Below are positions 41,301-56,300 of a stretch of 64,000 nt of DNA, one piece after another. A program made the position numbers and the translations under genes. Every line of letters begins with the position of its first letter. Within the stretch, counting starts at the first letter, position 1. The DNA comes from Isurus oxyrinchus. Lineage: Eukaryota. The notes below the pieces were generated by a model. That model did no database searches, was not told where the DNA came from, and was given only the letters and a program-made list of their open reading frames with translations. Location of the stretch: positions 4,526,001 through 4,590,000 of the forward strand of contig JANJGN010000034.1 in the NCBI GenBank assembly GCA_026770705.1, given 5' to 3'.

Positions 41301-44300
41301 AAGTGTACTCTATGGTCAATCAGCTTTTGTGTACGCAAATCAAGTCGAAATGTATTGCAACGTAACCTTTCTCTCGCTGTAACCTTTCTCTTGCTGTACA
41401 CAAGATGGGCGCAAAAGCTCAAAACGCTTGTCATGTTGTGCAGCTTTAGGGGTGCGTTCTAACTGCATTTTAATATGCTTTAACAGAAGAAAAAATGAAA
41501 TCAAAAGACGAAGGTAAATGATTATGCAATCATTATTTTACAACAGCAATGAACATAATTTTCCATGTGTGTGTTGGGGGTAAATATTCTGTGGAGATGA
41601 GTACACAGGGCTTAGAGAAGTCATTGGCAACTTTATTTCAGAGGCTTGCGTACTTATACCCGAGCGGACTTCCCGGTATTAAGCCTGAACAGCGCTGTTC
41701 TGGGTGCGTTTGGGAAGATTATAATCCTGCCCCGTACTGAAATTGTGATACGCTAATTTGGACAAACATTGACGCAGTTAATACTGAATGGCTGCCAAAT
41801 AATTTGGTTTCCGAATTGGGAGGCAGAACTAAAAAGGCCATGACGAATGCGACTAAGGGCTCTAATCCCCTTCAATTTTCGACATGGTTATTCTTATTCT
41901 CAGCATCCATAACATACTCTCTGTCTACTTTAAATTGAATTACATGAATGGGCATCAGCGAAACGAGTCATCCGATATAAACTGATTATCCTTCGCTTTT
42001 ATTTTGTGCTGCACTTGAAATATAACGTGCCACATAAGCAGCAGCAACGTTCAGAATTCCTGAAACGTGTAACAAAACCGATCTTTTCCAGAAACGATTC
42101 AAAGTTTCCGACATGCTCCTGCTTTCTGGCTTCTCAGTTCTTGAAGTTTGCACGAATAATTCTGAGCCATTTTCAATCACCAGTTGCTGCCACTTTATAA
42201 CTGTCTGCATTTTCTCCAGCCGCTTAGTAATTTATTGCACGAGCTCCTCCTCTAAAAATTATTGTTCGCTATGTATCATCCTTCTGATGGGTTTCCTGTC
42301 AGCCATATTTTTGAGGAATATTGTTGCCCTTACCCCATTGCTTTCGTGGTGGTCTTTGCAATGTTAGTATCACAGGTTGTGTTCTGTACGATTCGCTGTA
42401 TTTTTGCAATCTTTCTGAAAGTTATTTTTAACCGCACCATATAAAGACAGGTTAATCTTGTTGTAAAGGGATGCACTCATTTGTTCGTTTTCCTCATTGC
42501 AGAGCTCACCACATGCAAGAAATCATGGAAAAAATTAGGTGTGGAAACAACCATTTGTTAAGTAAAGCCTCACACGACGTCAGGTCAATGATATCATCTG
42601 GGTCAGAACTGCCGCACAAGGTCATATTGCTCTGGCTGTCCGTTTCACCACCAGAACATTTCTAATCTCCACCCAATTTTACGTTTTGAAATATCAAGCG
42701 CAGTGTAAGGCAGGGGTCAATAAAATATGCCCCAGATAATAATTGCACTCGAGTTGGTTTTATTGAGGCACAAGTATTAATGAGGTCACGTTCCGTTTAC
42801 CAATCAGCATCTCTTTGTATTCCATCCACTCCAGAAAGGCCCAACGTTTACACAATCACAGAAATGTTGCTTAACCAGAAGGAGTCCATCAGACCCATCG
42901 CATATGCACTGGCTCTTCGAGTGGGCTAGTCACATTGTGCCATTCTTCTGCCTTCTCTTCGCAACATAGTATATTAGATGCTTTTCAAATAATATTTTAA
43001 TTTCCTTCCGAATGCTTTGATAGTACATGCCTCTGGCACTCTGCCAGGCAACGGAATCCAGGCCATAACCATTCTCGGCATGGAATGCATTTTTTTAAAC
43101 TTTTTTTTATTTCTGTTTTCGATTTTCGTTATTTTGCAATTTTTAAAAAATATCTGTGAGCTGTGGCTCACGAACCTTTCATAAGTAGTGTCAATTTCTC
43201 CCTATTGCCCTGTCTAGAGGCTCCGTGATTTTGAATACCTCTATAAAAAATCTCCTCCCCTTCCTTTCGGCCGGAAGTGAAACAGACTTATCTTCTCTAA
43301 TACATCCTCATTCTTGATCTTCCCAATCTGTACAAACATCCTCGTGAACATTTTAATCACTCTTGCCATTGCCTCTCCCTAATGTGTTGGGCCCGGAACT
43401 GGCGCAAGTCTTCAGCTGAGGCTGAACGAGTGCGCTCTACTACATTAACGTCAGGTCCTTGTTCTTTTAAAAAAATATATATACCTATTCATGGGACGTA
43501 GGCTTTACTGGCTGTGCCAGCCTTTAATGCCCATCCTTATTTATCCTTGAGACGGTAGTGATGAGCTTCCTGCTTGAACCAGTGCAGTCCATGAAGTGTA
43601 TGTACATGCACAGAACTGTTACTATTTGGTCTTTCACTGAATGGCCATATTTATAAAATAGTTGTAATTTTGACTTTATTAGCAGTTCTGTAAAGCTACG
43701 TTGTCATATTCAATGACGTATTTAGACATATACAGCAACGTACCCCTCTTTGTGCACACCGTTTAAAGATTTATCTTTTGTTTTAGATTTTCATTTCATG
43801 CTCATCATACCAAAATCTATCAGAATACGTTTCAGACAATTATGACGAATATTACTTCAAAATTACAATGTTTTGCTCAGGTTTCTGATCGCCATGAGTT
43901 TGGCCTTTATTCCATTTTGTACAGTAATGCACAGCACAAATTGCTGCTTTTCAGAATAAAACTGTAGGCGACAAATGTTGCTGATAACTCTCAAAATCAT
44001 AATTCTGTTTTACACAAGAAAAGCTGAAAGGAAAACAAAACAGTATTACGTTTTGAAATTCTATTATTGTAAAGGCAATGAAATGAGCTCACAGTAAAAT
44101 TGAACACGAGTCCGTAATCTATTTGCTCGTGCCATTCAAATCAAACGTAGCATGTATTTTATTATGTTCCGAATGAGGAATGAAAATGTTTCAAGGGAAA
44201 CTTAAATTCGACCGTAGTGACATATAGCTGACATGGCAATGCTTTTATGAATCCTGCGAGTGGCGATGCGACAAATAACCTTTTTTTTTAAAAATTGGTT

Positions 44301-47300
44301 ATTGCCATACGAAATTATAGAATTTTGAAGAGATGTAGGAAATGAGAGAGGAAATTACTAACACTTGTGGAAAGACTTTACTTTGCACTTGTATCTTCTT
44401 GTGAAAGGTATAGTGCAGTTTGTCATGGAAGGCAACTGAAGCATTGCGGACTATGGCAGTTTATAATGCCGGCCATGAGTCTAATATGCAAATCATACAA
44501 ATTATTTGATCAATCACGAAATAAGTTTCAAAGCAATTAATAACCTCTGACTCGATGTAGCAAAAATGCTCATGAAAGAACAGGGCAATAATTAATTACG
44601 TTAACGTTGTTAAGATAATATATCACAAAGTGATTCTCTCCACCATTTTTAAACATCAGCTCAAACCGGGCCACCAATTCATTTGGCCTAATGTGTAGGA
44701 AGAGATATTTTGGAGAATTTGCAATCTCATCATTGGCTTTTGTGAAGTGGCCTCTTCTTGATCCTTCCAGAACTGGATGAAATCGAAAAAGCCGCCAATG
44801 ACTCAGGTTAGCACAAAACGACAGCTGGGTTGGGAATCCTACTTCGTCAACAAATCTAAATTGAAGACTTCAGTATTAACTACAGGTTATAGTCTGACGT
44901 AACCTCTACGAAGCAAAAAGCCTGACTGGAGGAATATGTGCTTCGTTTCATTCTAAGCTCTCAGAAAAACAAAAATATGTACAGCCTTGGAATGTTTGGT
45001 ATGAAGTTGATATTCAATTTGGTAATCAACTGATTCAGCACAGAAAAATTAATTGAGTTCTGCAGTGGGCATACAAAATATAACCATTAACCTTTAGCTA
45101 ACATTATGTGTCCAAACATAACGATGACGTTAACAAAACTGGGCAATGGTAGAATTTGATAACGCTTCATTGATGAAGGAACTTCCAGTTTTTGTTTCCA
45201 CCAATGATAAATTTCAGACATATATTTCCTGATGACAAATAGACCGAAGGTGCTAAAGCAGCAAATAATTAGCACAAACTATTAAAGGGCAAATGAATAG
45301 TTAATAAGATTAACTGGCACGTTACAAATAACAATTTGGAAATCTATTTATGCAAATACAATTGGATAGAAAGAAATTGGAATCTCATGGCAACATTCCA
45401 TAGAAGATTACGGGAGCCTCAATGTCGTTGGTGGATAACATGTTTCCAGTTGAGCCACTTGAGTGGAACTACTAAACGTCCATAGTGTATACAGTGTTCT
45501 TCAGATTTCTGTGAGAAAATGTAGCATTTCCCGCATAGAACCTGTGGCATTTATTGAAACATAGATTTTTGACTCACAATGGATTGTATATATCCTTCTG
45601 TTCAATTGTATTATCGAGCTATACGTGTTAGTATTCTCTCATACTGTTATTCTGCAATAATACTTGATGCGATTTTCAGAAGGTTGAAGAGACTGAAACA
45701 ATGATTGCGCCTTTCTCGTTGAAGCAAACAATTGATAGGTTTATTTCATGTAATGTCGAAGTCAAAACATGGAAATAATGTTTAAAGGTCTTACCTAAAA
45801 ACGGTGTTCTTCCCCATTCAAAATACAAACAAAATGATTTGCGAGGTAAATGCAGATGAAAACAGCTTTACAACATGTGCGCACCAAGTCAAAAGTAACG
45901 TCACAATGTGTTGTCGTTCATGCCTGCAGTTGCAGTGTCGACCCCATTTGATACCCTGTCATTTGGTGCTGTGGTTTGGAATGCTTGTTGGTGTATGTTT
46001 GGCTCGGCCAAAAATTTTGAGCTGTCATAAATTGCCTAAGAGAATAGAACTGAAATACTGCCGCAGTTCAACATGGAAGTTCCATCCTTTGATGCTTTAA
46101 CATGTTACTTTCTACATCACTGAATATTAAAAAAAAATGTTACGTGAAGTTGAAAAGACTTAGCGGTGAACCTTTAACTTCGTTATCAGAAGACTTGCAT
46201 CTACATCTGACCACCTTGCTTACTTTCCTATTTAATATCCCTTAGATAATAATTACATTCTCAGTTTGGAAGTGTTGATTTACCCATGAGCCTCATCAGT
46301 GCGTGCTGTTAAGCATTCCCCTTTGTACCCAACATCTTAATTTGATGATTTTTTTTTTTGGCATCACCCTTCCATGCTTTTTTCCATCATAAGCGTTTGG
46401 TATAGGTATTTTTTTACTTTCACTCATCATTGGAAATGGTTTATATTCATCCAAACTGTTAACCAATTAATTTCTTTCGAAAACTCGAAATGGATCTCCT
46501 GTCAATTTTCTGCACTCAAGTTCATTTAAGCATCGTATTGTAAGTTTTATTCATAAGAAAACTGTTAAATTCTCGCAAAAATCATGGTCAATCCGCAAAC
46601 CGTCATGTGCAACTCCACATCTTCGCTAATAGTTGTGATGGCCAAAAGTGAAGTAAGGAAGCTGAATGTATGAAATCAAAGCCTTCTCTAGTTGTCTTGC
46701 TTAAAATAACTCAACGAATCTCAAAGAAAACTGTTTAAGTTGTGCAATGTTTAATCTGCACGCTAAATGTTTCCAACGTTCTTCGACAGAAGAAAAAGCA
46801 AAATCAAAAGATAAAGGTAATTGAGTTTGAAACTATGATTCTCTGCCTTAAAAGTCATATTGTTCCGAATTCAACCACCATCAACAATGCCGCAGTACAC
46901 CAACCACCCCACACTCCCAGCACCCCAGCCCCAATGAGTGTCATGCTGTAATCACTGCCCGCAAGATTAGTTGACAGGAGCTGGAGAAAAGTTGGGCTAC
47001 TTTGCTAACATTCAGCCTAATGTTCTTGGGTGGACAACCGAGTGAAAATTCCTGTTTAGTGGCTCAACGGAGCTTACATCGGCTTGAAAGTTACGATAAT
47101 TGTGTGCTAGAGAATGTGCAACTTGTTCTTGCGGGTGTTTTGTGAAGCATTCGATGCCTAATGGCTGCCAGAACAAATTATGTTCAGGTTTGAAATGGAA
47201 ATTTCCAATAACCTCAGCGAATGAGAGCCACGGCCATGTTCCTGTCATCTTTCCGGTACTAATGCTTCAATTACTGTTAGCTGTACTCAGCCGCCTGCTG

Positions 47301-50300
47301 AGATTAGGTTGAATTGCTTAGGTGTGCATTAATGGGGACCTAAATGCGTTCGCAATTTTCTAATCCCAAGCCTTGTTCTCCTGCAATCATTCTCCTGACA
47401 CTAAATTTAACACATTGTTCTCATTAATTTTAGTTAACTCTGAAAGGATGAACAAAACAGTTTTCTGTTAAAACTGATCAAAGTTTCAATAATATTCAAC
47501 TGTCTCAGTTCCGTTTCATATTACGTTGCAAGAACATCATAGTTTTGCGAGCTTTTTGCGCTGCTCCATTTCTGGTCAATTGTGTATAACGGATTGACCA
47601 CACATAAGAGGCCTAGCATTGCCTCCAGTTGATTAAGACATGGGTTTATGAACATTAGGCTTAGGAGCAGGGAGAGGCCTATGAGCTCTCTACACCATTC
47701 AGTGTAATCATAGCTGATCTTGTTTTGTCATAAACCCCACTTTGCTATCTGCCCTCATGCCCTTTGATGGCGTTGTATAAGAAAAATTGATCTAACTTAG
47801 CCTTAAAGTAATTCAATGACCCCAATTCCACTCCTCACTGTGCGAGAGAATTACACATGCTGAGGGTCCTCCGAGATTTTAAATAAACACTTCCTCATCG
47901 AAGTGTTAAAGGGAAACCTCATATTATTAAACTGTGTGCCATAATTCTGTTCTCCTCCACCAGCTGAAACATTGGGCCAGTACCTTTCCTGTGAAATCCG
48001 CGTAAAAGTCATTGGAAATGATCCCTGAAACAAATATGTCTCCCTACTTTTCGTTCAGGCGTCATGGTGATCAGTTTCAACTACATTTATGACGAAACTG
48101 CTGACAAGAAACCACATCACCTGTCGTGTGACTCATTGCCATTTTTTTTGTTCATCCTTCACAGCGTATGATTGACCAATCTACAACTTTTGAGTTCATC
48201 TGCAATGTTCCATTTAGAATTAAGCTCATCTGTTTCAAATTAATGTTTCATAAACTCCTCTTCCTCATTCCAGAACTAAATGATTGCAAGAAATCTTTCA
48301 AAGTCTCAGGTGAGAGATGGGACATTTAAGCTGAAAACCCACACACGATCGCATGCAGAAAAAGGAACATAAAATAGACAGCCCTGCATTGTTTCCGATT
48401 TTGCCCTTTCACCGGAGATTTATTTCCAATTTTGCATGTCTAGATGTAGTGGTGTTTTATTGATTTGAAGAATCATTACATCATTGGGACATATCCCCTA
48501 TGGCACAGAAATGATCAACAAAAAATTAAACCTTTCTAGGGTGACATTCTCCACAATAAACTTGGTAATGAATCTCAAAGTCAACAAATTCTACTTTACA
48601 GAACAAAAATTAAAAGAAAAGCAAGAAGGTACTAAATTTTGAAATTTCACTTTAGAAACCGAAGGATTACCTTCTTACGAAATAAAAAAAGGTACAAAGT
48701 GTTGTCCTTCAAGCTGGCTTGTCATTTCCATTAGTTTCTTAACTCATAAAACATTGCTTACAAACTGAGCCGCCAATCATGTCACCAGGTAAACCTAAGC
48801 CACTGGAATTCCTCCCGAAACAAAGCATTTTGACATTCAGCTGATGATAAAGACTTTGGTGGTGATTGCAATGACGAAATAGATGACAATTATTCTGAGA
48901 ACCTAGTGTTTTAATGGGGCATATATAGGGGAGGCGGTGGCATGGCGGTATTGACAATGGTTTCGTGTTCCGACGAACACAGGCATTGCTTCCTGGACCT
49001 GGTTTCGAATTCCATTGCGTAAGAGTGAGAAAAATACATTAAATTACATGCCTGATCGTGTTTCTTCCAATAAACAATTCAAGTAGTTCATACTTGCTCT
49101 TAGGGATGAGCTCTACCATCCTTACGTGGCATGGACCATATGGGATTCTAGACACAGATTCTTAAATGCACTCTGGACAATTAGCGATGAGCCTTGAGTG
49201 CTGCCCTAACAAGCGACTCGCACATCCTTTCAAATAAAAAAATATAAAATAATAAAATTCAATGGAAATTGTAATGTAGAGGGGAGCATGATATTTACCT
49301 GTTAATGTATATGTATATACTCTCTCTGTGCCGCTTATGGCTTTTTATAGGCAATTTCGTTGTCATGAGCGGAAAAAAGGAAATGATGTGGAAGGTTTGC
49401 TCACTAAATACCTAAATGAGTTTCACTTCAACTGATATTCACCACTGAATGCATGCATGAAAGTTAAATAAACACATTATCATACGAAAGATATATGAAA
49501 CGCTATGCAAGTAACATAGCATTTAAATATTTGTATTGATAAAGAGCAAGTAAAAATGCACCAACATTGCATTTGGCCTGATGTTTAAGAAGAGGTCTAC
49601 ACGTTAATCAGCAATCTCCTTATTGTGGGTATCTGAAGAATGCTCTTCTCCTTCCTTCCAGAACTCGACATAGTCAGAAAAAATGCCGAAAACTCAGGTT
49701 GGCACTCACCAAATAGTGTTGGGTAGGATGTGTTTATTGGGCAAAAGAAAACAATTGAGGTGTAAAGGAGTGCCTAGAGTTTAGAAGGTGAAATTAAATC
49801 AGTGAAAGAGAATGCCTAGCATTGTTTAGAACAATTATTTTTGTTCAGTGTTTAGAAAAACTATTCTTGCTGTTCTTCTGAAATCTGAGGGCAAATTCAC
49901 ATTTAACTCCGATCAGTACAGGTTGAACAGAATGGGAGTGCTTTATAGACGTTGTTTGCCCATGGGAAGTTGGCAGAATGAGTTTGGAAAACTTTTCTGC
50001 AACACATATGTTTACATTATTGAATTAACGAGTGATATTTTTCATAACCGTCCATCGATTAAGAAAATCTGGTTGTCACCCCCATAAAAAACCGTTTTCA
50101 GGATTATAAACTCATGGGAAAAGTTTGAATGTTATGGAAGAGTAACCATCTTGAAAGAACAAACCCAGATTCGATAGACACTCCAGAAGAGAAATGAACA
50201 ATTTACGAATAACTGTTCGAAAATCTCTTTCTGGAAACCCTGCTGGGCAGCTCAAATGCCCGATTGCAGGGCAACATTTTATAGAAGAGCGGGGGAGTCC

Positions 50301-53300
50301 TTCTGACATTACGGGAAAATACCTATTTCACTCAACTAACTTCAATACAAATGCTAAATCCACGAGCCAATTAGGGTTTTTTTTAGTTTTGGAGCGTAAT
50401 CTCAGTGCTTCCTTTCAAACTGTAAATCAGGGACAAATTCTCAAACATAATTAATTGTCCACAAGCGGTGTTTTGACGTCTGTCCTTCAAAAAGACGTTA
50501 TAGGAATGGACATTGCATTATTGTCTGATAGTACCTCTTCGCAAGGTAAACTGATATTTTTTTTTTAACTCCGTGGAGCAAATCAGCTTAAGGTTGCGAA
50601 TTTCCTCGAAGAAAAGAGAAATAATGCTTTATTTCCGCTAATCCAGAAGTGAAGGCATAAAATTATTTTAAAAAGAGATGAAAAAGGGGCTGTCAAATCA
50701 ATTCGAAGCTCTGCCAAATTAATACCCAGCATGGCTTAAGATTAAAAACAAATTTATATATTACTGTGCAGGAAAAAAAGTTTTACATGCCATTTTGCTT
50801 AGCAGTTGTCTGCAGATATTTCGTCGGCCATATGCTTGATGTTCTGTTCCGTCAAGTAGATTTTATTTTATTATGGCCATTTTATGTTTTGCGGAAATTA
50901 GAATCGCTGATCTGGACATCAATGTAGCTTTTATTAAATATCCAAAGAGAATAAAGCCAGAAACGGGTCGGCGACTGTGTTCAGAGACCGGCACATTTCT
51001 ATACACATCAATGAAAAAACATGTTGGAAGAAAAGACGTTCAGGCATTTAGGTCCCTCAAACATTCACTCCGATTGTGGCTGTTGAGTACTCCAGTCCAT
51101 CTACCAGACTTTCTAATGTGACTGCTTAATACCGAAGAACATGGGAAAAATAAAAAGCCAGTCTCAGTTTTGAAAGTTTCTTCTGGGCCTAACCACAACA
51201 GTGCATTGCACGAACAGCGTGATTCTGTTGGATCACGACTCGAATCTTTATGTATAATTTTCTCTTGTTGGCAAATTATTATTTTCACCCATCAATGAAA
51301 GCAGTTCACTTCTGTCTAAGGGACTGAGTTCTTCAATCGTGTTCAAAAATGGTTTTGATTATCCATGAACTTTAATTACTCAAGTAAATCCAACGTCTTC
51401 ATTATGAAAAATGTAATTTAAGAAAATCTTTTGGCAGTGCAGCACTGGTGGATAGCTTAAGTAAAATGCATTTTTTGACGAAACAATTTCGCCTTCAGCT
51501 CCTTACGATAAGTTAGAAGATAATATAAAATATCAAGGGAAACAACAAAGTCACACTGCATGAATAGTGGCTGCTGACTACTTCACAACATTTTCTGCCT
51601 GGTGAAGAGGATATTATATGCAAGAAGACGGTTTATAGCAGCTAACACTTATCTGTTAAGCATTAATGGAAATTTATGCTAGGCAGCTGAATCTGATTGC
51701 TCATTACCTTGCTTTGGAGAATGGGCCAGTAGATGGATGTCAATTACTTTAATTGGCTGAAACAGACGAAATACCTGTCCATGTTCTTTATGTTTTCAAA
51801 GAACAATACCCGGTATAATAATATTTCTGGGCAAGCAATGTGCCACATTGTGATCCCGGCTCACAAACTTCTTTTGCTTTACAGCTAAATGTTTAGCAAT
51901 TGTCCCTGGCACATGGTAAACAGCTAAAGGGTTATGATGCTTCATATGATCGCCGAGTCCTTGGGAAGTACGGCCTACATTCCATCGTATCACACTGTTA
52001 ACGAAGTTCATATTCTACCTTATTAACTCATGAGATAGGCAGAATGTCGTGAATGCCTTGACGTCTGCATTTTTTCATGTCACATTATTCTCGCACAGCT
52101 ACGCCATAGTTGCAGTGTGAAACGACTAGCTTCATCAGTTGTGCTTTATTTTAGAAAACTTGCCCTTCCAGTTTAAGCTGAGGTAGGCTAGGCAATTTTT
52201 AGCAGATTAAATTTATTTCAACATCAAGCTTGCACGGTGAGAAAATGTCATCAAATACATTCTGCCGAAAAATTTGTACCAGGAGCAGACAATGTTTTCC
52301 TGCACAGCATGCAAACTCATGAACGGGGCCACAGCTATAAAATTCGTCCCTGTAAACTACCGGTTCTAGCAAACATTACCCTGGAAGTGCAAGGCATCTC
52401 AAATATTGAAGAATAGGTGAAGCTATCTGTTTAATGCTGCTACTCTGTAAGAGCGACATGACTACTGTTCGTCTCTTACAGTATAATGCCGTCAAGCCAA
52501 AAAGACAGTTGCTGATCGCATAAATACGTAACACATTACATCAATTTCAGAGCCAATGTTATGCTCGGTATGTAGCCGGTAGGCCATATCAAACAGCATA
52601 TTACTTCCTTTGTTTAAAATTTTAAAAAAGTTGCAGTTGTACCCAAGCAGTCCATGCTTGCACAACTCAAAACACAATGTCCAACATGAAAGGTGATTCC
52701 GCGATTTGACAACAATTTTTGGACAATCCCTATGACTTAGACTGACAACTAATGCAAGGTTATAAGTTTGGCTGCACTGTTGCACATCGGTATGTTGGAA
52801 AGTGAATGCAATGATCATATTCTTTGCAATCAAAAATAATATATATACAGATTTGCACGTTTCATTTAGAAAGAATTAATTGACAGGTATTCGCTGGCAC
52901 AATCACCTAAAAGGCTACCTTTTTGATATTTCAAAAAATATTGGGCAAAATGACCATCACCTGGTCCAGTCTCCATGGCAACGCCCCTGCCAAGCAGCAT
53001 CCACTTGCCAAATCACCAAGACTGCTTTCTCCTACAGCATAAATTTGCTGTCCACCCTGACATGGGAATTCTCTTGCGAATTGGCCTAATGAGTGCAATA
53101 GATGAAACATTGGAAAAATGTATTTTTCACTAATTCTCAAAACAATACTCGAATTGTGTTGAATCTGGACTCCGTCACCTTCAAAGCCAAGTTTCCGTTC
53201 TTCAGTTTGCAAAGGCCAGAGAAGAAAACTGGAGCCGATAGCTGATCAGCCTTCTACTTCACTTCATTGTTTACTTGACTTGAAAGAACGCATAATTAAC

Positions 53301-56300
53301 ATTTGCTGCAAGTTAAATTATTTTTTAAATTCACTTAATTAGTGGCAGAAACGAAATCAAAAGAAGCAGGTAATTGATCACTAAATTACTGCTCACTAAT
53401 GGTAATTGAATTCATATCGTTCCTGTTTATGCTCAAGTGAATTGTGCTGAAATGATTATTGCGGGCATGAGTCCACGACGTGGCCGACGTGGCATTATTC
53501 GCTCTGCGCTTATATATGAATGATTCCACACCCCCTCCACCCCCCACACCACCACCCTGATTTAAGGCCGAACTGTCCTGACTTCAGTCTTGTACGTTAG
53601 GATGATAATCAAGTGCAAAACTGAAAGTATGATTTTTTAAATCGGGCACATCGTATTGCGATGAATGGCAGCCACCAAAATTTGTTTACAGATTTGGAGA
53701 GGAACTTGGTGAATGCGAGCAAAAAGGTGCGTTCTCATTCATTGTCCGAAATTATTACCTTGATGGGCGTAGTCTATCCCCGACTTTTGCCGTATTTACG
53801 TTGAGATATATTAATGCGCATCAGCGTAAGAAGAAAATGCCATTCGAGAAAATAAGGGATCTGAGTGATGTTTTGTCCCACAGCCCTCACCCCATCTCCT
53901 TGGTAATATAATAATCACATTATTCACAGCAGTTTTAGGAAATTGTGGCACGTTTTAAAACATTGGTTCTTCCGATCTTGTTTAAGCTTCCGAAAACTAA
54001 CCTTGTTTTGTTTTGTTTTCTTCCCCTGGAACATAAAGAAACACCTCTATCTCTGAGACACTTGCAGTTCTCTAATGTTGATCTATTGCTTAGCATTGAT
54101 CGTTGCCAATTGGTAGCTGATGGCGGTACTGAAAGCTGTTTAGCATCGAATTCGAGGGCTCCTACCTAAAAAAGATGTGCATTGCATTTTCGTTCTCACA
54201 TTCTGGCACTCGCTTATCTCCCTTAACGGAGATGTTTACTAAATAACACCTTATGCATATTGCGGTTTGCTGTGTTATATTTTCCGAAGGATGTTGTGTC
54301 GAATTCTCTTTTTTTCCCGCACTTTTCTGTGAAGCTCTCTCTCTGAGGATAAGTTGCTCTTTCTGCAAATTAATGTGCGTTTTGCTTCATTGCAGAGCTT
54401 ACGGCATGCAAAAAATCTTTAAAAGACTTAGGTGAGAAAAAAGTTGTATTCTGAAAACTGACACATGAAGACCCTCTAAGAATTTCTTCAGATGAAGCAA
54501 CGCTGCACTGTTGATATTGTGCTAGTTGTCTGCTTTACACACCGCCACAATCTTAGTTACATTCACTTGGATGGATTAAATTATCAGGTGGTCCGTACAG
54601 CACTGTGTTCATAAAATGCTTCCCGTAAACACTTTTGTCCAAGTTGCATTTCTAGTGCGAGATGACTGAATGCTATGTCTTATACAGGTTACATCGCACC
54701 GTCAGTTGGGCATATTTTCAACAGGGCACAGATATTTCCAAAATTAGTAAGCGCTTTATAGGATTACAGTTTCTGCGGCAAGCTTTCATGTTGTGCTCAA
54801 AATCTATATATTTTGATTTACAGAAGAAAAGCTGAAAGCTAAGCAAAACGGTATTAAGATCATAAATGCAAATGTTATAATGTGAATGGTGCCAGCGGTC
54901 AGGTGACACTGCAAAAAAGAAAAGGAAAACTGCAAAGTAATTTAATCAGTCGCGCCATTTATCTCAATACATAAATTTAATCATATTTCATTAATCCTGG
55001 GGCCTAATGAAAGTTGCCAGAATAAACGCAATTCAGACCCTATTTGCTTTTAGTCGATAACAGGGATATTGACGGTGATAGTTGCAACGATTTGCATAGA
55101 ATTAATTAATGATACGGAGTTGCGGACTTAGGTAATTACATGGATTTCAACAAATATTGCGAAAGAGACAGGAAAACTATCTTTAATTGATGATAAATAT
55201 ATCTTGACCTGGTAAGGGCACATCATTCTTGTGAAATGGATAGTGCTGTCCACATCTTCAGTGGTGTAGAAAATGTGGGTTTTCTTTGCCTATAATGCCT
55301 GTTTACTGTCGACCTAATTATCAGTCCATTTGCCATGAATGAAAAAGTAACATCATGCAGAGTACGTGACTACTTACGAAGAAAATGATGTTTAACATAT
55401 ATGCCATTATTGAATGGGAATACCAAAATATAATGACATTAAAACAACAAGAATGATTTATTTATCATTTGCTGCATTAATTTTACGGCAAATAGTGGTT
55501 ATCTGGAACCTTGTAAAACTGAATCTCAAATTAGGCTGCCAATGGTCTTTGCCTAACGTATATGAGCAGGAATGTTCAAGAAATCACAACCTCTTGATTG
55601 CACATATCTGAAGTGGCTTGTTCAACCTTTGTTTTGATGTGGCAGATGGTGTGTGCCAAAGAGCGAAATTCATGAGGTTGAACTGTAAAATAGTTTTGCA
55701 ATTTATATTTGTTTTGCGATTCCTGCACTGAATTCTGTCTTAATTTGCTTCCAAAGCTTTTGGAGATATAAAGAAAAATATAAGTTGAAATTAATTGAAT
55801 GAAATGTGACAAACGCACAAATAAGACGATATTTATTACTATTATAATTCCAAAAAATGATAATTAATTTCGCTCCCAATTGCAACATCGTTAAGGCAAC
55901 GGTCCAAAAGTAGACTTCAGATTTTAAACAGATCCAGGAAATGAACCGTGGAGTTCCAAATGTTTTTTTCTCCAGCTTCAGTTCCAGTTGATAGCAAGTT
56001 TATTGACAGCAGGTTCATGCGCAAATGCTGGAGACATTTCCCACACTTCTCACAACACCGTCCCCTGACGTATAGCCTTGCTATTCCTTATATACGTTTC
56101 TTCCTTTTAAATAAGTAAATTTTATGTTTTCATATGATTTGACACTGCACCTGCGTCAAAATAGAAATGCTGCTGCTATATATTTTCAGTACTCTTTGGA
56201 AAAAAAACAAACATCCCTTGGTCTTGCTTATCTGGCTAGTTGTAAACAGACTAAAACCACTTTGAAATACAAATGTTACTTCATCTATCAAAAATGGAAA

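Noticed and set aside
48927-49020. tRNA gene
   Set aside because: A- and B-box-like motifs are present, but I see no cloverleaf, and a SINE-like body and A-rich tail follow.
55600-55660. Exon C at its expected position after B11
   Set aside because: The upstream intron motif atctgaagtgg is present but no exon follows; the intact C exon of this unit is at 56515.
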